62,902 nucleotides of DNA from positions 1 to 62,902 of IMG/VR virus record IMGVR_UViG_3300034190_001790. One strand, 5' to 3'. A program made the position numbers and the translations under genes. The notes beneath the pieces are model-generated. The model had not been told where the DNA came from. It did not search any database and saw only the letters and a list, made by a program, of their open reading frames with translations. The stretch is from a virus. Its lineage: Duplodnaviria; Caudoviricetes. Below, piece after piece: positions 20,193-30,561 of the stretch (within the stretch, counting starts at the first letter, position 1; each line of letters opens with the position of its first letter).

Positions 20193-21067
20193 TATGATGG
20201 TCTTAATGAGTTCAACCTATCTTGAAAACCAAATGCATAATCTACCTTTGGTTCAAAATTGTATCTGTACGTATTACTCAAATCCATTTGAGTGTCAAAT
20301 GCTGTAGGATCGTCTTCGACATTTTTTACCAATATAGGCTTAGATTCAGCTACTGCTGGCTTAACTTTTACAGCAGGTTTTATAATAGTTAGTTTTCCAT
20401 TATCTATTTTATAATTACTTGGGTTTTGTAAAAATACATTTCTATCTATGCCTTGAGCTTTAAATAAAGCTTCATTATCTTTATAAGTTTTAGATAGTGC
20501 TTTGTCGGCTTCACTCATGGTGTTTAGTTCTTGAGCCGATGCAGCGGCAGTGATTCCTCCTATAACAGAATTTACAGCTCCTGCCTGCAACATACCTACC
20601 TGCTCATCAGCTTGTGCCGCTCTTTTAGCTTGATCTTGTGCCTGAGCTACATCCATTGCTGCTAATTGCTGTGTCATGTTTTCTTCACCTTCTGCCTTTA
20701 ATTTGTCTAATTCAAACATTTGTTGAGCTTGTTGTGCTCTAATTTGTTGTGTATTTTCATTAGACGCAGCAGCTACTCTTCCTACACCTGCGGCTAAAGT
20801 TCTTGAGTCCGCCTGCTGTAATGCTTCAATATTGTCTCTTTGTACTTGTGCGTTTGCTTCGTATGCTTGGTCATATGCTTCAGTAGGAATTTTTAATCCT
20901 TCATAATAGTTTTTTTGTATTTTAGCTTTTGCATCATTCATTAGTCTTGCCGCAGCTCTATCTGCCGTCTTTTGTGCATCTCTTGCTTTTCCAGCTTGAA
21001 CTAAATTCATACCTGCTCCTACAGCTGCCCCACCTAAAGCTATTATTGTTGCTGTTGTTAATGCCAT
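20192..21067 (-). CDS. internal virion (ejection/pilot) protein
   Basis: hydrophobic Gly/Ala N-terminus (IIALGGAAVGAG) followed by an Ala/Gln-rich coiled coil, like T7 gp14/P22 gp7-type proteins. Confidence 0.65.
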   Translation of the reverse strand: MALTTATIIALGGAAVGAGMNLVQAGKARDAQKTADRAAARLMNDAKAKIQKNYYEGLKIPTEAYDQAYEANAQVQRDNIEALQQADSRTLAAGVGRVAAASNENTQQIRAQQAQQMFELDKLKAEGEENMTQQLAAMDVAQAQDQAKRAAQADEQVGMLQAGAVNSVIGGITAAASAQELNTMSEADKALSKTYKDNEALFKAQGIDRNVFLQNPSNYKIDNGKLTIIKPAVKVKPAVAESKPILVKNVEDDPTAFDTQMDLSNTYRYNFEPKVDYAFGFQDRLNSLRPS

Positions 21068-21469
21068 TTATAATATTTTAATCATTTCTTGCGTATTACT
21101 ATCACCCTTCATGTAACCTAACTCTTGGTATATCTCAATTAAAGACTTGCTTTTTAAAAGTGAATATACATATTTTTTTTCTAATGTTGTTGCTAAACTT
21201 GTTATCGTCTGCACCAACATTAATAGTGCTTCTTTTCTAATCTTTCTGTCTTTAAATTTAAAACTAGATATAATCCACTCTAACAAAACTACATTAGAGT
21301 TAGTTATATACATATACCCAGCACAAATTGGTTCATCATTATAATAAACCATATACCCCATGTCTGGTAAAAAATCTTTTTTAGGGGCAGTCCATTTCCA
21401 GTCTTTCCACCAGCCGCATAATATATCATCATAATCGTTATCACTTAGTGGTTTGATATTTAAAGCCAT
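21068..21469 (-). CDS. GNAT-fold acetyltransferase-like virion assembly protein
   Basis: 133 aa with alternating beta/alpha pattern and LIEIYQELGY C-terminal GNAT motif; typical position before the ejection genes. Confidence 0.65.
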   Translation of the reverse strand: MALNIKPLSDNDYDDILCGWWKDWKWTAPKKDFLPDMGYMVYYNDEPICAGYMYITNSNVVLLEWIISSFKFKDRKIRKEALLMLVQTITSLATTLEKKYVYSLLKSKSLIEIYQELGYMKGDSNTQEMIKIL

Positions 21470-21474
21470 CTATG

Positions 21475-21482
21475 CAAAGATA
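21475..21482 (-). promoter_or_regulatory. Bacteroidota -7 box (TATCTTTG)
   Basis: CAAAGATA on +, only 5 nt upstream of ATG 21469. Confidence 0.55.
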
Positions 21483-21489
21483 ATAAAAT

Positions 21490-22242
21490 CTATGGATAAC
21501 TTTTCATCACGCTACTACCTACAGAAAACAGTTCAACTGGAGTCGTGTCTGAGTTTTCTAGCTTAAATCTCATAAAATATCCACGGGCTCCATGCGACTC
21601 TGCAACAGGATCTTTGTAATAAAAAGCAAACTGATTTGGTGATGGATTATTTAATACTACTGCAATAGTAACAGTGTTAGTTGCTTGGTTAATAGCTGTA
21701 ATAACTCCTGTAGGACGAGAAGATGTTGGAGTTACTTGATGGTATAGTGTGTCACCAACACTAATTATATTTCCTAAACTTACATTAAAGACCACATCTA
21801 TTCCAACAAAAGCAATATTAACTGCCGCAATATCTCCTATACCGTTAGCAGATCTTAGCTTAAAGTTTACAGTTGTGCTTTTGTTTCTAATAAAAGAAAA
21901 CCACTCGCCTTCTTTTTGTTCAAAATATGTACTGAGCATATTTCCGTTACCTAAATCCGTTTCTAAAGTTTCTACACCCCATGCAGCGTCACTCTCTAAA
22001 GACATTGTTTTAAAAAGTTTTATTGTTTGTGGTTCAACATTAAACACTCCTGTAATATTCGACTTATACTGTACACCATAATAATTGTTTCTAGTTTCAT
22101 TTGTGTTGTGCCTATACAACTGGCCTTGATGAAATGAGTAGAAAAAACTATTCATTCCAATTAAATAATCAGGTATGAATGAATAAAAAGATGGCCATCC
22201 TTTTACTCCGTCACTATAAGATAATGTTTCTTTTATTGCCAT
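21490..22242 (-). CDS. tail protein resembling the C-terminal part of a muzzle/stabilisation protein
   Basis: TLSYSDGVKGWPSFYSFIPD ... KLFKTMSLES ... QKEGEWFS ... GARGYFM. Confidence 0.55.
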   Translation of the reverse strand: MAIKETLSYSDGVKGWPSFYSFIPDYLIGMNSFFYSFHQGQLYRHNTNETRNNYYGVQYKSNITGVFNVEPQTIKLFKTMSLESDAAWGVETLETDLGNGNMLSTYFEQKEGEWFSFIRNKSTTVNFKLRSANGIGDIAAVNIAFVGIDVVFNVSLGNIISVGDTLYHQVTPTSSRPTGVITAINQATNTVTIAVVLNNPSPNQFAFYYKDPVAESHGARGYFMRFKLENSDTTPVELFSVGSSVMKSYP

Positions 22243-22243
22243 A

Positions 22244-22411
22244 TTAACAGTTTGCGTAAGGTTCTAGTTTTCCATTTAATTGTTGTCTAACTACTCCACC
22301 AAATGAATACCACCCATCAGCTGCTGGTACAGTTAGTTTTTGATCGTCATATACTGCATATGCAAAAGCAAAGTTGCTTCCGTCATGCCATTTATTTACT
22401 GTTGTTGCCAT
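22244..22411 (-). CDS. small tail-associated protein (55 aa, not in ORF track)
   Basis: MATTVNKWHDGSNFAFAYAVYDDQKLTVPAADGWYSFGG...; fills the gap between two tail genes almost exactly. Confidence 0.65.
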   Translation of the reverse strand: MATTVNKWHDGSNFAFAYAVYDDQKLTVPAADGWYSFGGVVRQQLNGKLEPYANC

Positions 22412-22422
22412 ATTTTAATTTA

Positions 22423-25400
22423 TTAAGGACATGATAATATACTTGTAACATCAGATGTTAATGATTGTATATACATCACATCACCATTTGCTAAATAATA
22501 ATAACCAGGATCAGCTATAACTCCCTGATTACAAGGTATTGAAGGGTTTGGCCCTGAAGTTTTCCAAACCTTGTCTCCAACTACAGGAAAAGTTCCTGTT
22601 CCATTATGGAAATAATTAGTTGGTCTCATTGGAATACCTGCTCCTCCGTTACAAGCATCTACAAATAATCCTTGAACATCAGATGCAGAAAACTCAGTAC
22701 AGTTTGAAGTTGGATTACACCCTATACAAGCATCGGTTGCGTCTATTGTAGAGTAACACATATCTTCATTTCTTCTATCTCTAAAATCCCAAACTAAATA
22801 CAATGTTTGAGTGCTTGCCCCTATAGTAATTGCTGAAGAAGTAGCAGTATATATTTGATCTACATTGTTAGAATCAGGATTTGAACCTACAATCGGCCCT
22901 AAAGGAGTGTTAAGTAAAGCTAAATTAAATGTAGCTCCTGAGCTAGCTGGTAAATTATTATCAGGTATAACATAAAATCTATTCTCAGTATCACTAAAGA
23001 CAAATGAATCAGGTGGTATACTATTTGAACGCATTGTTACTGTTGATCCGTCTGCTGGATACATACCAATAGAAGACTGTCCTGTGTTTATTTGATATGC
23101 ACTAACATTTTCTGTAGGACTAAAAGATACTGGTTCTGACTCTAACGAGCTAGTTATTTGTCCGTTACTCCAACTATATTCATAATGAATAGTTTGAGGA
23201 GTATTACCACTTAACCCGCTTATAGGAGATCCTAAGACAACTTTGACAACATTAAGTGTTTGAGTTGCTACGCATTTTGCAAATAAATTATAAGAAGACT
23301 CTGCGTTAGGAGTTACTGTTATTGTGGCTGTTTTTGGAAAAGACTTATTCTTGTTTATTGTAATAACTGTATTGCTTGTTAAGTTATTATTAGTTGTGGT
23401 ATTACCATCCCATACAACAACAACATTTACATCCATAGACCCTCCACTAGGATTTATTACAACATCAAAGTTTCCTGTTGCACTTGTTACGTCTACTGTT
23501 ATTGAAAAAGGTACCGTTGTATTTCTTTTTTGTATTCTAGCACCGCACTCTATAGTTTCAGTAGTCATTGGTATAGGAGTGTTGTTAGTAGAAAAAACAT
23601 ACTCGTCCATATAAGGATCGTATCCTCCTAATTTTTGTGTAGTCAACTGATCTCCAAATTTATTTCTAAAATATGATCTCATACCATAAGTAGAAACAAC
23701 TTCTAGTGTGTCGTTTTTTAATTCTGCTCCTGTTAATTTTATTATAGCACCTCTTTTTGTATCACTAAAATACATATCTCTACCCCAGCTTGTAAAACTT
23801 TCAGGATTAAAACTAATTCCATACTCCTCTATTCTAGCTATTTGTTGTCCTAATATTTCTGGAACAGAAACAATAGCACCTCCACCCGTAGAATCACTTA
23901 TTAAGTTTTTGTTTGCCAATACATAAGTTATTCTATCTTCTTGTAATACTAATATATCTGTTTGCCTAGCGTGTAATTTCATAATAGGCCCAAATATTAA
24001 TTCACAGTCTTTGAAGTTAACTAACCCCAAGTTAAACTCATTTAAATTATTTACATTAGAAGAGCCGCTAAATACACCGCTATATGTTAGTCCAGCAAAC
24101 CTATCAGCTTCTTCAAATAATGTGTTGCTTACGGCAGAAACTCTTTCTCCTATTACAAAAAAGTTAGAAGTAGAAAGATCTTTATATCTAAAACTTTCAA
24201 TTCCATTACCAAAAGTATAACAGTCTGCAAAAGGTAAAGTAATTATAGCAGGAGTATTAGTAGAAATAACTTGATTTTGTGAACCTGTTTTATCATTTGA
24301 ATAGTGAGCCAAATCTCCATTAATATCTGGTTTTATAGAATAAGATTCAGAAGACTCATAAAATAAATCTGCATCTGCTACAGCAGGCTTGGTTTCAAAA
24401 GCCATAAAATTATTATTTCTATTTACAGTAATTTGTACCTCCGTATTTACAGGTCTTAAGTCAAGTCTAAGAGGCCCCGTTACTGGACTAACTACTGTTC
24501 TTACGTTTAAAAACAGCTCACTTGTAGCCGATGAATAGTTGTCAGATGTAAACCAAAACTGTACTTTAGGTTCAGGGCCAGCAGGAGGCCCTCCTCCTAT
24601 TGCATATGCAGTAGGATAATAAATAGCTTCAGCGTCTAAACATCCTGTGTTTTCCATAAAGTTTTCAGGGTTTAATCCCTCTTGATCAAAAAAGTCTTTG
24701 AAGTTTGTTGCATCGCTAGATGCTGTTACTTCAAATCTAAAAGGAACTGTTTCAAAATTTAAATCACACTTAGCAAAGTAGGCATACCCTCTCCAAGACC
24801 TAAAAGTCATTTGAACATCTGAACCTTCAGGTATATCAAAAACATTCACAACTCCACTATCGTCTGTAGTAAAACATGGGTATGATACAGTTCCATACCC
24901 ACTATCTACCTTTTTAGTTTCATATCCGTTATCTATAAGTGCATTGGCAGATGTTTGTGCACGAAATCCTTGAGGGCGTATCAGCATATATAAACCAGCA
25001 GGAGCTCCCGAAGGTAAATTATTATCTTGCCCTGTACCTGTCCCTCCTCTAGACTTTGCCTCTACTTCTAAAACTGTTGTAGTTATCAGTCTTGGAACAG
25101 TTTGACCATCTGATTGTATTTTTACTGTTAATATGTCGTTTTTGTTTACTATGGCTGTAGCATCTCCCTCTAATCTTACCCATGCTAAACCTTGATCAAA
25201 TTGATCGGTAAAGATTGCATCACTATAAATTATATTATAAGCACCTAATGAAGGTTTAACAAAAAACTTATAACGACTAGCCCAAAAAGGCGGTTTATTG
25301 TTTACAGTTGCTACTATGGTATTTATACTGGTTGATTCGGAAGCAGGAAAAAATACTGTGTTATTAGGTGAAACAAGAACAGTAGTTGACCTACCAAAAT

Positions 25401-27360
25401 CGTCCATATACATAATACCAGTTTCAAAATTTCTATTACTGTGTAAACTTTTTGAATTTGATACATTTGAAAAAGAGATAGTACAATCAGTAGATGTTCC
25501 AACAGGTGGAGGCCCTGCAAGTGTAATGGATGTAAAAGAAAAAGCAAAATACTCATAAACATTAACAATCGTACCCACTCCATCATCATACTGATACTGA
25601 ACCGATGGTTGTTGTATCCTTACTCCTGTTTGAAAAGACTCTACTTTATACCCCTCTTGAGCTGGTATAGGAGCTCCTGTACCTGGATCCCACAAACCTG
25701 CCGTTTTAAAAACGTAATCTGCTGGATATGCAGGAGTAGTAGGTGGTTGTATTAATGCGTAAAATTGATCTGACAAAGAAAAGCCATAAGATGCACCAGG
25801 TGCAATAGGTGTTATAGTTGAGCCTGATGACCCTGGCACTCCAACGCCAAATGCTTCTTGAAACTCTAATGAATTAGTAAAATCAAAAAATGATGCGTAA
25901 GTATTTCTAGCTACTATTCTTACAGTAATTTCTGGCTGATTAGATAAAGTGTTTGTTTGAAAACCAGTGGGAAATAAAGGGCTTGCTGTATCTCCACCTA
26001 AGGCCACATATCCTGAAGATCCAGGAGCATAAGCGGCTGTTGATGTTATTTTTACAGATACAAAAAACTCTGAATTATTTAATATAGGCAGAGGTATATT
26101 AGAGTTTTGCAAAACCCATCTTCCGTATGAAAAGGGAACAGAAACAGGATTAGTTGAGTCTATTTGATTTATTGTGCCAGACGCCAGTAAATCAAAAGAA
26201 ACTGTCTCGCTTTCAATAGCTACTGAAGACCCTTCTGTTGTAAAGTCTATAGGAATTTGTTGTCCGTCAGCCGTAACTATATCATACTGATCTATATAAT
26301 TACCATATATCAATCTATTACCCATTATGGTTTGTGCTTTAGCAAACCTTGGTACATTATCATATAATCTTAACAGCTCATCACTTCCTAATACAGTATA
26401 TATTTTTGAGTTTGTAAAACGAAATGTTTGCTGGTCGTTATCTGACCATCCTAAGTCAGACTTATCAAATCTTTCTATTACATTTATTGAGTTAGTTGCT
26501 GACTCTTTAAAAAGTAATTCTATTGCAATAACAAGAGGGCCACCTGTGTTAAATGTAATGTCAACACTATTGAAAAGGTTTTCCATTCCTTCATTATTTT
26601 GATTTGCCTTATCATATTTAAATTGACCTGGCTCAAAAGCTGGAGTAGTAAACAAAGAAGTAGCACTATATTCATTTTCTCTATATTGATATCTATATGC
26701 AAAACATATAAATTTATCTTTTATATAGTTTTCGTCACCTTCTACATTAGATAAACTTAATATAGGAGTAGGGAGCTCTTCTTCTACAACACCTAAACTA
26801 TTTGTAAATGAAGTAAATCCAGGTGGCTTAACTATTACATTTAATTCTTCGGCTGTTATTTGGTCTCCTGCAACATTAGGTTCAGGATAATTTCTAGTAA
26901 CATTTATTTTTCTAGGAGGATTAAAATCGTCAGTAAAAAATAACAAATCTTCAATTAAATCTATTCCCGTTATTAAATATTGTGGATTAAAATTTAAAAC
27001 AGATTCACTTATTACATGATATGTTGTTGCCTGACTATTGGTGTTGTATGATAATATCATATCAACTTTATTAGTTGCCGACACAGCATTTGTTGGGTCG
27101 TGAACAAACCAATAAATATTTTCTTTTACCCCATCTTCAAACGCACCTATACATTTGGTGTTAGCCGATAAAGTAACGCCTTCGTGTGATATATCAGTTA
27201 GTATTGTGTTTCCTTTAGAGTTTTCAACTGCACCTATTTCTGTGTTTTCAGTTGAACCAAGCCTTACGTTTAATGCATCTATGTATTGTCCTTTAGGTAT
27301 TAAGCGTTCATCAACGCTTTTATTCATTTTACCCGCTATAAAATTAGTGTTAATATCCAT
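22423..27360 (-). CDS. tail muzzle/stabilisation protein (P22 gp10/crAss-like)
   Basis: N-terminus NFIAGKMNKSVDERLIPKGQYIDALNVR, LFFTDDFNPPRKIN, EYGISFNPESF, DTKRG; position after the ring proteins. Confidence 0.75.
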   Translation of the reverse strand: MDINTNFIAGKMNKSVDERLIPKGQYIDALNVRLGSTENTEIGAVENSKGNTILTDISHEGVTLSANTKCIGAFEDGVKENIYWFVHDPTNAVSATNKVDMILSYNTNSQATTYHVISESVLNFNPQYLITGIDLIEDLLFFTDDFNPPRKINVTRNYPEPNVAGDQITAEELNVIVKPPGFTSFTNSLGVVEEELPTPILSLSNVEGDENYIKDKFICFAYRYQYRENEYSATSLFTTPAFEPGQFKYDKANQNNEGMENLFNSVDITFNTGGPLVIAIELLFKESATNSINVIERFDKSDLGWSDNDQQTFRFTNSKIYTVLGSDELLRLYDNVPRFAKAQTIMGNRLIYGNYIDQYDIVTADGQQIPIDFTTEGSSVAIESETVSFDLLASGTINQIDSTNPVSVPFSYGRWVLQNSNIPLPILNNSEFFVSVKITSTAAYAPGSSGYVALGGDTASPLFPTGFQTNTLSNQPEITVRIVARNTYASFFDFTNSLEFQEAFGVGVPGSSGSTITPIAPGASYGFSLSDQFYALIQPPTTPAYPADYVFKTAGLWDPGTGAPIPAQEGYKVESFQTGVRIQQPSVQYQYDDGVGTIVNVYEYFAFSFTSITLAGPPPVGTSTDCTISFSNVSNSKSLHSNRNFETGIMYMDDFGRSTTVLVSPNNTVFFPASESTSINTIVATVNNKPPFWASRYKFFVKPSLGAYNIIYSDAIFTDQFDQGLAWVRLEGDATAIVNKNDILTVKIQSDGQTVPRLITTTVLEVEAKSRGGTGTGQDNNLPSGAPAGLYMLIRPQGFRAQTSANALIDNGYETKKVDSGYGTVSYPCFTTDDSGVVNVFDIPEGSDVQMTFRSWRGYAYFAKCDLNFETVPFRFEVTASSDATNFKDFFDQEGLNPENFMENTGCLDAEAIYYPTAYAIGGGPPAGPEPKVQFWFTSDNYSSATSELFLNVRTVVSPVTGPLRLDLRPVNTEVQITVNRNNNFMAFETKPAVADADLFYESSESYSIKPDINGDLAHYSNDKTGSQNQVISTNTPAIITLPFADCYTFGNGIESFRYKDLSTSNFFVIGERVSAVSNTLFEEADRFAGLTYSGVFSGSSNVNNLNEFNLGLVNFKDCELIFGPIMKLHARQTDILVLQEDRITYVLANKNLISDSTGGGAIVSVPEILGQQIARIEEYGISFNPESFTSWGRDMYFSDTKRGAIIKLTGAELKNDTLEVVSTYGMRSYFRNKFGDQLTTQKLGGYDPYMDEYVFSTNNTPIPMTTETIECGARIQKRNTTVPFSITVDVTSATGNFDVVINPSGGSMDVNVVVVWDGNTTTNNNLTSNTVITINKNKSFPKTATITVTPNAESSYNLFAKCVATQTLNVVKVVLGSPISGLSGNTPQTIHYEYSWSNGQITSSLESEPVSFSPTENVSAYQINTGQSSIGMYPADGSTVTMRSNSIPPDSFVFSDTENRFYVIPDNNLPASSGATFNLALLNTPLGPIVGSNPDSNNVDQIYTATSSAITIGASTQTLYLVWDFRDRRNEDMCYSTIDATDACIGCNPTSNCTEFSASDVQGLFVDACNGGAGIPMRPTNYFHNGTGTFPVVGDKVWKTSGPNPSIPCNQGVIADPGYYYLANGDVMYIQSLTSDVTSILSCP

Positions 27361-27361
27361 G

Positions 27362-28282
27362 CTATTTTATCCATTTATCCTGACCTCTCATGTTCATCAG
27401 CAATCTGCCTGGATGCATATTACTTAACCTTATCTTTGCATTTCTTAACAATGCTGACTTTTCTTTTCTTGCCCTATTAACTATGTATTCTTGTACGCCA
27501 AACTTACTGTTTAACAAAGAATATCTTATGTATGCATATATAAACTCTTCAAATAATTTATTTACATTTATTTCAGAATCATTACCGTTATTCATTCCGT
27601 CAGAAACATACTCTAAAACAACTGATTTACCACTCATATCAGAGCTAAAATATATAGCTCCTTCTTGTTTATTTATTGTAAATACAGGATTTACATTTGC
27701 TGTTTCAGTATTTAATCCAAATCTATCTCCTATGCGTCTTTCAAAATACCAACAACCATCTATACAATACCCCATACAGTTGTTAAATGGCCCTTCACCT
27801 AAATATAGTTTTGCCATACCACCCCCTTGTCTTGATAAATCTACTTGAGAGTTTTCGGGTTTAAGCACATTACCATTTATATCAAACAATATTTTAGCAT
27901 TGTTATCTTGTAGATAAGCACTACTCCACATTGTCTGAATGTTTTCAGTCATCGGATATAAAACGCCATCTCTATAATAAGATATTCTTACATAGTTAAC
28001 ATAATCTTGTGGTAATACAAATCTTATTTGTGAATCTACGGTTAGCTGAAGAATTTTTATTTCTTTCATTGCATCGTAGTTTAATTCCTGTATTCCTCTT
28101 TTTGCATGGAACAATACCTGATATCTTTCTACGTTGTTCAGTATCTCATTATTACCATTATATATTAGCATAAAGTTTTGAACTATATCTTCTAAACTTA
28201 CATACTGATATGAACCCCAGTTTTTTTCTAAGGGAGATACACCGTTGTTTTCATAATATTGATAGTCAGTAATATATGCCAT
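27362..28282 (-). CDS. tail ring/tubular protein
   Basis: LPQDYVNYVRIS, VVLEYVSDG; synteny between capsid and muzzle genes. Confidence 0.65.
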   Translation of the reverse strand: MAYITDYQYYENNGVSPLEKNWGSYQYVSLEDIVQNFMLIYNGNNEILNNVERYQVLFHAKRGIQELNYDAMKEIKILQLTVDSQIRFVLPQDYVNYVRISYYRDGVLYPMTENIQTMWSSAYLQDNNAKILFDINGNVLKPENSQVDLSRQGGGMAKLYLGEGPFNNCMGYCIDGCWYFERRIGDRFGLNTETANVNPVFTINKQEGAIYFSSDMSGKSVVLEYVSDGMNNGNDSEINVNKLFEEFIYAYIRYSLLNSKFGVQEYIVNRARKEKSALLRNAKIRLSNMHPGRLLMNMRGQDKWIK

Positions 28283-28285
28283 ATG

Positions 28286-29269
28286 TTATACTTGTATTTG
28301 GTTTTCTTGAACCTCTTCTGTAGATCCAAAATTATAAACGTCTGCCTCTCTTATTTCAATTCCAACATACTGACAAATCTTTGCAATTAACCCTGGCTCA
28401 TCAGACAGTGGTAACTCAAAATCTTGAAAGTCAGCTGCGGTTGCATCAAACAAAGGTTCGCCTAAAGTAATGGTTGCGTAAGTCCATTTTGGAGCTTTAG
28501 GATATCTAACGTATTGTGATTTAATTGCACCAGCAGCCTGTATGCTACTTGGATAAACTGTTACAGTGTTTCCATCTAATACATACGCAGGAAATAATGT
28601 GGTAGGTGCTGTTAATGTAGAGCTTGTTAAATAAAACAATTTATTTTGACTTACTCTTTCTACTTCAACTATTGTGTTAGCGTCAAATATACTGTAATTT
28701 TCATTTGGCGGTATAACCGCTGATTGAAAAATATCTGTAGCTAAATTTAATGTAGTAGAACTTACAACATTATTTACAAAAGACTCTGTTAATGTGTCTG
28801 TATTAACCACCAAACTTCCTGTTGCTGGAAAAACTGTAAATCCTGTTACACCTGTGTCAAAACGAGGTGGTGATGTTTGTCCTATTAACGCTGCATTTAT
28901 AAGTTGATTAGGGCTTGTTGATGTAGTAGTTCCAGATGTTAATAGTCTAGGGTAGTGGAATATTTTATTTATTAAATAATAATCAGATGGTAGAGTCCAT
29001 GTATTTGCACCACTAGAAGTTAAAAATGTTTGTACAGAGAAAGAATCAATTACTTCTTCTAAGCCTTTTACTATATCTGCATAACCAGTTCCCGACTGCC
29101 TTAAGTTTTCTCTATTTATATATTGATTGTATTGGTAAAAATAATCTTCAAATAAATCCATCTGTGCCTGTTGAGCATACAGATTGAAGTCTTGAGGAGA
29201 TAAGTATCCGTAATTATTTTTATTTATAATCGCCAATACTGTATTCCTTACGTTATTAATCATAGCCAT
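28286..29269 (-). CDS. tail ring / head-tail adaptor protein
   Basis: INKNNYGYLSPQDFN ... LPSDY ... YVRYPKAPKW ... QDFELP; synteny. Confidence 0.65.
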   Translation of the reverse strand: MAMINNVRNTVLAIINKNNYGYLSPQDFNLYAQQAQMDLFEDYFYQYNQYINRENLRQSGTGYADIVKGLEEVIDSFSVQTFLTSSGANTWTLPSDYYLINKIFHYPRLLTSGTTTSTSPNQLINAALIGQTSPPRFDTGVTGFTVFPATGSLVVNTDTLTESFVNNVVSSTTLNLATDIFQSAVIPPNENYSIFDANTIVEVERVSQNKLFYLTSSTLTAPTTLFPAYVLDGNTVTVYPSSIQAAGAIKSQYVRYPKAPKWTYATITLGEPLFDATAADFQDFELPLSDEPGLIAKICQYVGIEIREADVYNFGSTEEVQENQIQV

Positions 29270-29292
29270 AGAAAATACATTTTAAATATTTA

Positions 29293-29300
29293 CAAATATA
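29293..29300 (-). promoter_or_regulatory. Bacteroidota -7 box (TATATTTG)
   Basis: immediately downstream of the terminator, 23 nt upstream of ATG 29269. Confidence 0.6.
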
Positions 29301-29302
29301 AC

Positions 29303-29335
29303 AAAAAAAAAGAGGTCACTTTTTTTGTGACCTCT
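29303..29335 (-). terminator. intrinsic terminator ending the capsid block
   Basis: AGAGGTCAC/GTGACCTCT stem with an A-run on + (U-tract on -). Confidence 0.85.
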
Positions 29336-29357
29336 CTTAAATACTTAAGATTTATTG

Positions 29358-29681
29358 TTAAGCTATTGCAATTCCTGTAATTGTTGGAACAGCACCTGCT
29401 GCATCCTCAAGACCTGCTAAACTTAGTCTAAACTTCGGAGAAGTCCATCCTGTTTGTAAAGCTGTTATCATTGCATCTTGAACTGCATCTCTAACACTAA
29501 CATCATTTGCAGCCATAGCCGCTCCTAATGTTAATGTAACTATGTCTTGTGCAGCTGCACCACCATAAGTTAAAGTAACTGTAGTTGTGCTTGCTTGCTC
29601 AACAATAATTACTCCATTAATTGCTACTAATTGAAAAGTCTCCCCTGTAGCTGTAATAGGGATTTCTAGATATTTAATCAT
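29358..29681 (-). CDS. small virion protein (possible capsid decoration protein)
   Basis: 107 aa, Ala/Thr-rich, has its own -7 box (29723-29730), lies in the head module. Confidence 0.5.
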   Translation of the reverse strand: MIKYLEIPITATGETFQLVAINGVIIVEQASTTTVTLTYGGAAAQDIVTLTLGAAMAANDVSVRDAVQDAMITALQTGWTSPKFRLSLAGLEDAAGAVPTITGIAIA

Positions 29682-29736
29682 TTTGAAAAATTTTAAGTTA
29701 AAAAAAAATATTACTTGTAGTGCAAATATACCTAAT

Positions 29737-30486
29737 CTATTTGTCTTTCTTCAAGGATCTTTTTAATAGCTTATATGTTTCAATACCTTCATCAGATTGC
29801 ATATAAGATGCTACAATATAATACGGCTCTTCTCCAAAAGGAATTGTTAACATTTTACTTTTGTTTTTAGGTAAATTAAAATACACATCTTTATTATTAT
29901 TCCTATAAGTTAACAATTGAGCTTCAAAAAACTGTGCTACATTATCAGTCATCTCTAGCATTGGATCGTCTAGTATTTCTAAAAACTCATAAGGATAGTG
30001 TTTAGCATACATCAACACATCTCTTTTAAGTTCAGGGATAGACATTTTATCTACCGATCCACCTAAAAACACTCTACATACAGTAATAAGTTTTTCAGTT
30101 TCTAGTCCTCTAGCTAAAATTTGTGCGTCTAACTCTGCTTCTACATTTTCTAATTCTTCTTTAGCTTCTTTCTTTTTATTTATTTCGTAAAAGATCGTTC
30201 CATTACCAGGGTGTAAATGTAAAAACTTTTGTAGAACTTGATTTTGTTTATTAACAACCAGCATTCCTTCTTCAAATACTATTGGTTCTAATATTGCATT
30301 ACCATCTTGCTCATCTTCAAACGGGCTTTTTTGATTTCTTGCATAACGAAGAGGTCTGTTAACTCCTGTTTCTTCATCAAAATATAATAATGGGGATCTT
30401 TTATTGTGGCGTGAGGCTAACATAAAAGCTAAGGGTCTTTTATTACTCACAAGTCTATAGACTTTATTTTCAAATATTGGTTTCAT
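29737..30486 (-). CDS. conserved head-module protein downstream of the MCP
   Basis: 249 aa; LRYARNQKSPFEDEQ; position equivalent to the post-MCP gene of crAss-like phages. Confidence 0.55.
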   Translation of the reverse strand: MKPIFENKVYRLVSNKRPLAFMLASRHNKRSPLLYFDEETGVNRPLRYARNQKSPFEDEQDGNAILEPIVFEEGMLVVNKQNQVLQKFLHLHPGNGTIFYEINKKKEAKEELENVEAELDAQILARGLETEKLITVCRVFLGGSVDKMSIPELKRDVLMYAKHYPYEFLEILDDPMLEMTDNVAQFFEAQLLTYRNNNKDVYFNLPKNKSKMLTIPFGEEPYYIVASYMQSDEGIETYKLLKRSLKKDK

Positions 30487-30509
30487 TTTATTTAATTTTA
30501 ATTTAAGTT

Positions 30510-30537
30510 AAAAGAAAGGGGGGAGGTTGTCCCCCCT
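30510..30537 (-). terminator. intrinsic terminator after the major capsid gene
   Basis: AGGGGGGA-(5 nt)-TCCCCCCT followed on - by TTCTTTT. Confidence 0.75.
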
Positions 30538-30561
30538 ATTCTAAGTAATTATACTACCTGC

